From an uncultured Aliarcobacter sp. (lineage in GTDB: Bacteria > Campylobacterota > Campylobacteria > Campylobacterales > Arcobacteraceae), in the NCBI GenBank assembly GCA_963677435.1, contig OY781945.1, positions 1,184,001-1,248,000 on the forward strand: a stretch of DNA of 64,000 bases, given 5' to 3'. Made by a program: the position numbers and the translations under genes. The notes beneath the pieces are model-generated. The model searched no databases. It worked only from the letters and a program-made list of their open reading frames with translations, and was not told where the DNA came from. Position 1 is the stretch's first letter; the number at the start of each line of letters is the position of its first letter. This document shows, piece after piece, positions 57,505-64,000 of this stretch.

Positions 57505-60157
57505 AATAATAGAACAAGAATTCAAACAAGAAGTTTATGAAGCAAAAATAGAAGATAAAAAACCTATTTCATTTATTTGGGTTTTACCTTTGATTATTTT
57601 AGCAATTTTAGGTTGGATTGCTTATGAATCTTATATGAAAAAAGGTACAAATATTACTCTTGTATTTAAAAGTGCAGAGGGACTAAAAGAGGGTGTAACA
57701 CCTCTAGAATATAAAGGCTTGCAACTTGGGAAAGTTACAAAAATTAGTATTCATGAAGATTTAAAAAGTGTAAAAGTAAATGTTTTAGTTGATAATGAAG
57801 TAGCCAAATATGTAGCAAGTGAAGGTTCTCAATTTTGGATAAAAAAACCAACAGTTTCTTTAACTAAAATTTCTGGATTAAATACTTTAATTAGTGGTTA
57901 TAAAATTGAATTATCACCTGTATTTAAAACTCAAAAAGAGTTTGAAAATGGAAAAGAAAAATACTATTTTGAGGGTTTAGATACCCAACCAAATGATGAG
58001 TTTGAAAATGATGGATATTATGTTTCCTTAATAGCAAGTGATAAAGATAATGTAGAAGTTGGAACTCCAATTTTTTATAATAATTTCCAAATAGGTGAGA
58101 TTATTGCTAAAGAGTTTATTTTTGAGAAAGTTTATTTCACAGCTTATATTTATGATAAGTTTAATTATTTGGTAAATAAAAGTTCAAAATTTGTAATGAA
58201 TGAAGCTTTAAAAGTTAGTTATGGAGCAAGTGGATTAAATATTGAGTTAGGGTCTTTATATTCAGCATTAGTTGGAGGAATTACAGTTATTACACCAGAT
58301 AAAGAGGCTGAAAAAATTATCAAAGATGAACCTTACCTTTTGTATGGGAAAAAAGATGATTTAAAAAAGAAAGAATATTTTGATATTAATTTTATGGATG
58401 CAAATGGAATTGAAGAGAATACTCCTATTATTTTTAAAGGGATTGAAATAGGAAAAATAATAGATGTAAAATTAAACAAAGAGTTATTAACTTCAAAAGC
58501 ATTTGTATATGAAGAGTATAAATATTTATTAACAAATAAAACAAGATTTTTTGTAGAAGAACCTACTATCTCTTTTGATGGAGTGAAAAACTTAGGAAAT
58601 ATTGTAAAAGGAAATTTTATCTCTTTAGAGTATAAAAAAGGAGAATTCTCGAATAATTTTACTGCAATTAAGAAAAAAGATTTAAATAAAATTGCTAATA
58701 CAATTAAAGTAGAACTTTTAAGCGAAAATTTAAATTCAATATCTGAAAAATCAAAGGTTTATTATAAAAATATAGAGATAGGTTTTGTGGATAGTTATGC
58801 ATTAACAAAAGATTTGAAAAATGTAAAAATTAATCTTTTAATAGATGATAAATATAAAGATTTAATAAATGATAATAATCTTTTTTATGATATGAGCTCT
58901 AAATTAGTAGAGATGAAAAATTTAAATTTAAATATAAATTACAGCGGAATAGAACCTTTATTAAATGGAGCTATTGGACTTATTGCAGATAAAGCAGAGG
59001 GAAGTAAATTAACAAAAAATGAGTTTAAATTATATAGCTCTTATAAAGATATAGAAAAATTAAAAAGATTTACTAATAATGGATTTACAATTGAAGTTGA
59101 TTTTGATAATAGTTTTGAAATAAAACCTGATATGGCAATTGTTTATAAAAATCAAGAAATTGGTTTTGTAAAAAATATAAAATTTGATGATAAAAAATCA
59201 AAAGTAACTCTATTTATATATTCAGCTTACAAAAAATATGTTACAAATAAAAGTAGATTTTATAAAAAAGGTATAGTAGATTTCAAAGCTAGTTTAAGTG
59301 GAGTCTTATTTGAAGTTGATAATTTCACTTCATTAATTGAGGGTTCAATTCATCTTAATAATGATTCAAATATAGCTTTTGAAAAAGCTCAAATTTTTGA
59401 TACAGAAGATAATATGAAAAACTCAACTAATAGCTTAACTATTATTTTTGATAATGTTGAGGGGGTTCAAGAAAATTTCTCACAATTGACATATAAAGGT
59501 GTAAATATTGGGAAAGTTACAAATGTAAGTCTAAATGAAAAACAGCAAGTTGTAGTAAAAGCTTTGATTTATGATGATTTTGCTTCATTTGCAAAAGAAG
59601 GAACTATTTTTTATCTTAAAAAACCAAGAATCTCTTTTCAAGAAATTGCAAATGCAGGTTCAACTGTAATGGCTGTAAATATTGGAGTTATTAAAAGTGA
59701 TAATGCTAAATATCAAACAAAATTTGAGGGACTAGAAAATCAACCCTCAGTTGAAAAATCATATTTTGGAACAGTATTCAAAGTAGAAGATCCAACAGCA
59801 TCAAGTGTAAATGTTGATTCACCAGTGTATTATAAAAATGTACAAATAGGAAAAGTAAGTAATATAGATTTAAGTGATGATGGTTCTAAAGTTGTAGTTG
59901 ATTGTTTGATTTATGATAAATATGTAAAACTTATCAGAAAAAACTCAGAATTTTACGACATAAGTGGTTTTGAAATGAAATTCTCAATTTTTTCTGGCTC
60001 ATCGGTAGAATCTAATACTTTTACAAGTTTACTAAAAGGTGGATTAGTTGTTGTTACTCCTTATGAATATGGAGAAATTGCAAATCCAAAAGATAAATTT
60101 ACATTAGTAAAAACACTTAGAGAAGATTGGAAGAGTATAAGTCCTAGTATTAAGTAG
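57494..60157 (+). CDS. pqiB: Multi-MCE-domain intermembrane lipid transport protein (PqiB/LetB-like)
   Basis: IWVLPLI anchor; about seven repeats of a YK(G/N)xxIGxV-like motif; start likely ATG 57494. Confidence 0.88.
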   Translation: MSNEIIEQEFKQEVYEAKIEDKKPISFIWVLPLIILAILGWIAYESYMKKGTNITLVFKSAEGLKEGVTPLEYKGLQLGKVTKISIHEDLKSVKVNVLVDNEVAKYVASEGSQFWIKKPTVSLTKISGLNTLISGYKIELSPVFKTQKEFENGKEKYYFEGLDTQPNDEFENDGYYVSLIASDKDNVEVGTPIFYNNFQIGEIIAKEFIFEKVYFTAYIYDKFNYLVNKSSKFVMNEALKVSYGASGLNIELGSLYSALVGGITVITPDKEAEKIIKDEPYLLYGKKDDLKKKEYFDINFMDANGIEENTPIIFKGIEIGKIIDVKLNKELLTSKAFVYEEYKYLLTNKTRFFVEEPTISFDGVKNLGNIVKGNFISLEYKKGEFSNNFTAIKKKDLNKIANTIKVELLSENLNSISEKSKVYYKNIEIGFVDSYALTKDLKNVKINLLIDDKYKDLINDNNLFYDMSSKLVEMKNLNLNINYSGIEPLLNGAIGLIADKAEGSKLTKNEFKLYSSYKDIEKLKRFTNNGFTIEVDFDNSFEIKPDMAIVYKNQEIGFVKNIKFDDKKSKVTLFIYSAYKKYVTNKSRFYKKGIVDFKASLSGVLFEVDNFTSLIEGSIHLNNDSNIAFEKAQIFDTEDNMKNSTNSLTIIFDNVEGVQENFSQLTYKGVNIGKVTNVSLNEKQQVVVKALIYDDFASFAKEGTIFYLKKPRISFQEIANAGSTVMAVNIGVIKSDNAKYQTKFEGLENQPSVEKSYFGTVFKVEDPTASSVNVDSPVYYKNVQIGKVSNIDLSDDGSKVVVDCLIYDKYVKLIRKNSEFYDISGFEMKFSIFSGSSVESNTFTSLLKGGLVVVTPYEYGEIANPKDKFTLVKTLREDWKSISPSIK

Positions 60158-60301
60158 TAATTAAATTGAATTAAAAACAGCAGAGAAGTTTAATAAAAGA
60201 TTAAATAGTTTTGCTTTTTTAATATTCAATTAAGTTTTATAGTTATAGAATAAATTTATTAAAGGATAAATATTATCCTTAGTAAATTAAAAGGATGAAC
60301 T

Positions 60302-61729
60302 ATGAAAAAAACTATGACAACAACAGCTGGAAATCCAATCGCGGATAATCAAAATTCAATAACTGCCGGAAGTAGAGGACCTGTTCTTTTACAAGATTAT
60401 CAGTTAATAGAAAAGCTAGCTCATCAAAATAGAGAAAGAATACCTGAAAGGGTTGTTCATGCAAAAGGTAGTGGAGCATTTGGACAACTAGTTATCACAG
60501 AAGATATTTCAAAATATACAAAAGCAAAAGTTTTACAAAAAGGTGAAACTACAAAAATGCTACTTAGGTTCTCAACAGTTGCAGGTGAACGTGGGGCTGC
60601 GGATGCTGAAAGAGATGTAAGAGGGTTTGCTTTAAAATTTTATACTCGTGAGGGAAACTGGGATTTAGTTGGAAATAATACGCCAGTATTTTTTATCCGT
60701 GATGCATATAAATTCCCTGATTTTATCCACACACAAAAAAGACATCCACACTCAAACTTGAGAAGTAATACAGCAGCTTGGGATTTTTGGTCACTAAGTC
60801 CAGAAAGTTTACACCAAGTAACTATTTTGATGTCTGATAGAGGACTTCCTAAATCATACAGACATGTAAATGGTTATGGTTCTCATACTTATAGTTTAAT
60901 AAATGCTCAAGGGGAGCGATTTTGGGTTAAATTCCACTTTAAAACACTTCAAGGAATAGAAACTATTACAAACAAAGAAGCTGAAGCTATTGTTGCTAAA
61001 GATAGGGAATCAAACCAAAGAGATTTATTTGAAAATATTCAAGCAGGGAATTTTCCAAAATGGAGTTTTGAAATCCAAATTATGACTAATGAACAAGCCA
61101 AAGAGTGTAGTTTTAATCCATTTGATTTAACAAAAGTTTGGCCTCATAAGGATTATCCAATGATAAAAGTGGGAGAGATGACTTTAACAGAAAATCCAAA
61201 AAACTATTTTAATGAGATAGAACAAGCTTCTTTTTCTCCATCAAATGTAGTTCCAGGTATTAGTTTCTCACCTGATAAAATGTTACAAGCAAGAATCTTC
61301 TCATATCCAGATGCACATAGATATAGAGTTGGTACTCACTATGAGATGTTACCAGTTAATAGACCAATTGTTGAGGTGAATACTTACCATGCTGATGGTT
61401 CTATGAATTATGAAATCAAAGAACCAACTGATGCTTATTATGAACCAAATAGTTTTAATGGAGCAGTTGAAGATGCAAGTTTTGCAGAACCAGCTTTTGA
61501 AACGGGAGATGTGGCAGATAGATATAATCATAGAGATGGAAATGATGATTTTACACAAGTAACAGCACTGTTTAATTTAATGAGTGAAAATCAAAAAGAA
61601 CAATTATTTAGCAATATTGCTGATGCAATGGATGGAGTTCCTTCAAATATTGTAAATAGACAACTTGCACTTTTTGAACAAGTTCATACTGATTATGCTG
61701 CTGGAGTTAAAAAAGCATTAGGAATCTAA
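60302..61729 (+). CDS. katA: Monofunctional heme catalase
   Basis: [36 protein letters not shown]. Confidence 0.96.
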   Translation: MKKTMTTTAGNPIADNQNSITAGSRGPVLLQDYQLIEKLAHQNRERIPERVVHAKGSGAFGQLVITEDISKYTKAKVLQKGETTKMLLRFSTVAGERGAADAERDVRGFALKFYTREGNWDLVGNNTPVFFIRDAYKFPDFIHTQKRHPHSNLRSNTAAWDFWSLSPESLHQVTILMSDRGLPKSYRHVNGYGSHTYSLINAQGERFWVKFHFKTLQGIETITNKEAEAIVAKDRESNQRDLFENIQAGNFPKWSFEIQIMTNEQAKECSFNPFDLTKVWPHKDYPMIKVGEMTLTENPKNYFNEIEQASFSPSNVVPGISFSPDKMLQARIFSYPDAHRYRVGTHYEMLPVNRPIVEVNTYHADGSMNYEIKEPTDAYYEPNSFNGAVEDASFAEPAFETGDVADRYNHRDGNDDFTQVTALFNLMSENQKEQLFSNIADAMDGVPSNIVNRQLALFEQVHTDYAAGVKKALGI

Positions 61730-61730
61730 G

Positions 61731-62213
61731 ATGGAAGCTACAATAAATGAATTAAATAGATATGAAGAGCTTCAACTTGTTGCTTTAGATTTTGCAAGAA
61801 GAGGAATGACAGAAGATTTAAGATTGATGTTAGGTTCTGGAATGCCTGTAAATTTATGTGACCATAAAGGAAATAGCTTAATAATGTTAGCTTCTTATAA
61901 TGGAAATCTTGAAACAACTGAATTATTGGTTCTTTTTGGAGCTGATGTTGATAAAAAAAATGATAGAGGACAAACACCACTTGCTGGTGTTTGCTTCAAA
62001 GGTTATTTAGATATTGTAAAAGTTTTAGTAAAAGCTGGTGCAAATATCTATGAAAATAATGGAATGGGAACAACACCTATAATGTTTGCTTCTATGTTTG
62101 GAAATTATGAAATAGTAAAATATTTAAATAGCCAAAATAGTAGTTTTAAATCAAAAGTTTATTTGAGTCTTTCTAAAATATTTTCAACAATTAAAAGTTT
62201 ATTTAAGAAGTAA
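61731..62213 (+). CDS. Catalase-associated ankyrin-repeat protein (AnkB-like)
   Basis: GNSLIMLASYNG, GQTPL, GTTPIMFA; begins 1 nt after the katA stop. Confidence 0.88.
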   Translation: MEATINELNRYEELQLVALDFARRGMTEDLRLMLGSGMPVNLCDHKGNSLIMLASYNGNLETTELLVLFGADVDKKNDRGQTPLAGVCFKGYLDIVKVLVKAGANIYENNGMGTTPIMFASMFGNYEIVKYLNSQNSSFKSKVYLSLSKIFSTIKSLFKK

Positions 62214-62238
62214 CTATAAAGTTATAGTTACTTTTTAC

Positions 62239-64000
62239 TTATTTTATATAATTACTCTTTTTATCACTTGTATCTAACTCTTGCCCAATTTCTTGGTATC
62301 TTTTGAAATAGTATTTTACAAATGAGTTTATTTTTTCATCGTTTGGCATAAAATATTTTTGCGTTTTTGTAGCATATCTATTTAAAAACTTTGTAGCGTC
62401 AAGTTTGTCTAAATAGTGTTTTGCTAAAGCTGTGTAATTTTCTATATACCAAGCTTTTAGTTTTTCAAATTTTTCATCACTTATATCAATATTTAAATTT
62501 TTATTTTCTTCATCCCAAACTAAAACACCTGTAGTAAATAGTCCATTTAAGTGAATTAATCCCTCACAATAATAAGGTTGAACTTCATCAACTTCCATCC
62601 ATCCAATTAATCCAACACTTCTTTTTACAAGGTCAATTAAAACTTGCTCTTTTAAGTGAGATTCATCTGTATCCTCATCTAATAAATAAGAGATTAAACC
62701 ACCCGTTGTTGCTTTGAACTCTTCTATATTTTTGAAGTTTCCAGTTTTATTCATAACTGATTCTGTTTCATCATCACACCATAAAATATGTCCATATTCA
62801 TGTCCCACAGTGCTAATGTCATAAACTTGATGCCAAGATGCAGTTTCATTAAAAAGGAAAGTTCTATCTCGTGTGAGAAGTTCTTGTCCAAAAATCTCTT
62901 TTGAAAGTTTTAAAAATGGTTTAGCACGACTTGTTTGTAAAATCTCATCTGAAAATGCAAAGATTTTTTTACCTTCTTCAAGTGATACTATTTCATCATT
63001 TGGTACAACTTGAGCTGAAAACATTCCACTAAATTCTGCACCAAAAAATAGTGCTGGTCGTCCCACATAAAGTTGCACTTTATCAAGTGATTTTAGTGAA
63101 AAATCATAAGTTTTTTTGTATGTTTCATTTGGCTCAAAACTATTAAAGATTTTTGCAAAAGCTGATTTTATTTTATTTACTCTGTGGTCATTTTGTGCAA
63201 ATTTTGGATTTGTAAGTCTAATATCCCATTCAAGTGCAACTGCTTTTCTGAAATGATCTTCATAATATTCAAGTGGATGTCCAATTTGAATTGGTGTTTT
63301 TATTTTCATCCAAGCTCTATCTACATCTGCCCATTTGCTTACAAGTTCATTTGTTCTATCTTCACTAAAAGCTTTGATAAGTGCTTGAATATATAAAATA
63401 TAATCCCATTTTTGTCCATAAACTTCATCTTCAAGTTCAACTAGTTTATCTGCAAACTCTTCAAGAGTATCTACAACTTCAGTTGTCTCTTTTTTGAAAG
63501 CTTTGATGTAGGCTTTTGATACATATTTGTTTTTTTCTTTCACTAGTGCAGAATAACATCTATCAGCAATTTGAGCATTATGTCCAAGATCTAGAAGTTT
63601 TTCATCTTCTAAATATTTCATAACTTTTTCTTCTTTTCCATCAAACTTAGCCATTAAATCTTTGTTTACACCATTTATAATATGTGAAGTCCAAGTAGTT
63701 TGCCAAGCTGACATTTGAAGTCCAACATTATAAACACCAATAAAAACTTCTTGATAAAATGGAGTTAAAAGATTCTCTTGCACAATTAAATCTATTAATT
63801 TTGTATGTTTTTCATGCCAGTAATCTTTTACAATATCATAAGCTTTTTCTTGAAGCTCAATAATCTCAATTTCCGTTTTTCCAAGTTTTTTTAATACTTG
63901 AACAAGTGAATCATCTCTTAAATTTACAAGTCTTGTAACAAGTGCAAATCTTAAATCATTTGTCATTTCAAGGTTTAGAGATTTTGCAAAATCATCTATT
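62239..64000 (-). CDS. ciaB: Invasion antigen CiaB homologue (5' end outside the window)
   Basis: QIGHPLEYYED..RKAVALEWDIR, FSAQVVPNDE, GHEYGHILW; frame stays open to the window edge. Confidence 0.85.
   Translation of the reverse strand, partial: IDDFAKSLNLEMTNDLRFALVTRLVNLRDDSLVQVLKKLGKTEIEIIELQEKAYDIVKDYWHEKHTKLIDLIVQENLLTPFYQEVFIGVYNVGLQMSAWQTTWTSHIINGVNKDLMAKFDGKEEKVMKYLEDEKLLDLGHNAQIADRCYSALVKEKNKYVSKAYIKAFKKETTEVVDTLEEFADKLVELEDEVYGQKWDYILYIQALIKAFSEDRTNELVSKWADVDRAWMKIKTPIQIGHPLEYYEDHFRKAVALEWDIRLTNPKFAQNDHRVNKIKSAFAKIFNSFEPNETYKKTYDFSLKSLDKVQLYVGRPALFFGAEFSGMFSAQVVPNDEIVSLEEGKKIFAFSDEILQTSRAKPFLKLSKEIFGQELLTRDRTFLFNETASWHQVYDISTVGHEYGHILWCDDETESVMNKTGNFKNIEEFKATTGGLISYLLDEDTDESHLKEQVLIDLVKRSVGLIGWMEVDEVQPYYCEGLIHLNGLFTTGVLVWDEENKNLNIDISDEKFEKLKAWYIENYTALAKHYLDKLDATKFLNRYATKTQKYFMPNDEKINSFVKYYFKRYQEIGQELDTSDKKSNYIK

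Noticed and set aside
60261..60280. Palindrome AAGGATAA..TTATCCTT upstream of katA as a PerR/Fur box
   Set aside because: Plausible operator, but I cannot assign it to a regulator from sequence alone
1724..63396. Many 60-135 aa ORFs antisense to or nested in long genes, and those overlapping the repeat element (47249-47491, 47808-47999)
   Set aside because: Shadow frames of well-supported genes or of the repeat; no motifs or convincing RBS
1..64000. tRNA, rRNA, CRISPR array, prophage, integrase or transposase genes
   Set aside because: None recognised by eye or in the ORF track; a covariance-model scan would be needed to exclude small RNAs

Overview
AT-rich bacterial chromosome segment; gene content (ciaB, split pqiA plus multi-MCE pqiB, ppaC, OmpR-type two-component pairs) suggests Campylobacterota, probably Arcobacteraceae (inference). 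Most of it is housekeeping, metabolic, signalling and oxidative-stress genes. The standout is an ~8 kb defence island (9804-17839) built as two large integron-type gene cassettes. Each ends in a near-identical 54-bp attC-like site whose R'' box matches the first bases of its own cassette, and there is no integrase in the window. Cassette 1 is a Lamassu/ABC-three-component system whose LmuA-like protein has no enzymatic effector domain. Instead it carries an N-terminal 14-aa motif (ITAGGDVTGRDKIT) identical to the C-terminal motif of a 56-aa membrane protein encoded directly upstream; the two copies differ at 8 of 14 codons, all synonymously. This is the layout of amyloid/RHIM-like receptor-effector pairs. 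Its lmuB has a 1-bp frameshift. Cassette 2 is a Mokosh type I-like kinase-helicase plus PLD pair. Other points: two copies of a ~480-bp palindromic non-coding element, a B12-riboswitch-controlled exported CobN-like/ExbB-like/DUF2149 operon, a candidate leader peptide before a truncated leuA, a HEPN/MNT toxin-antitoxin pair and a PspA-YqiJ-flotillin operon. All family calls come from reading motifs by eye, not from database searches.
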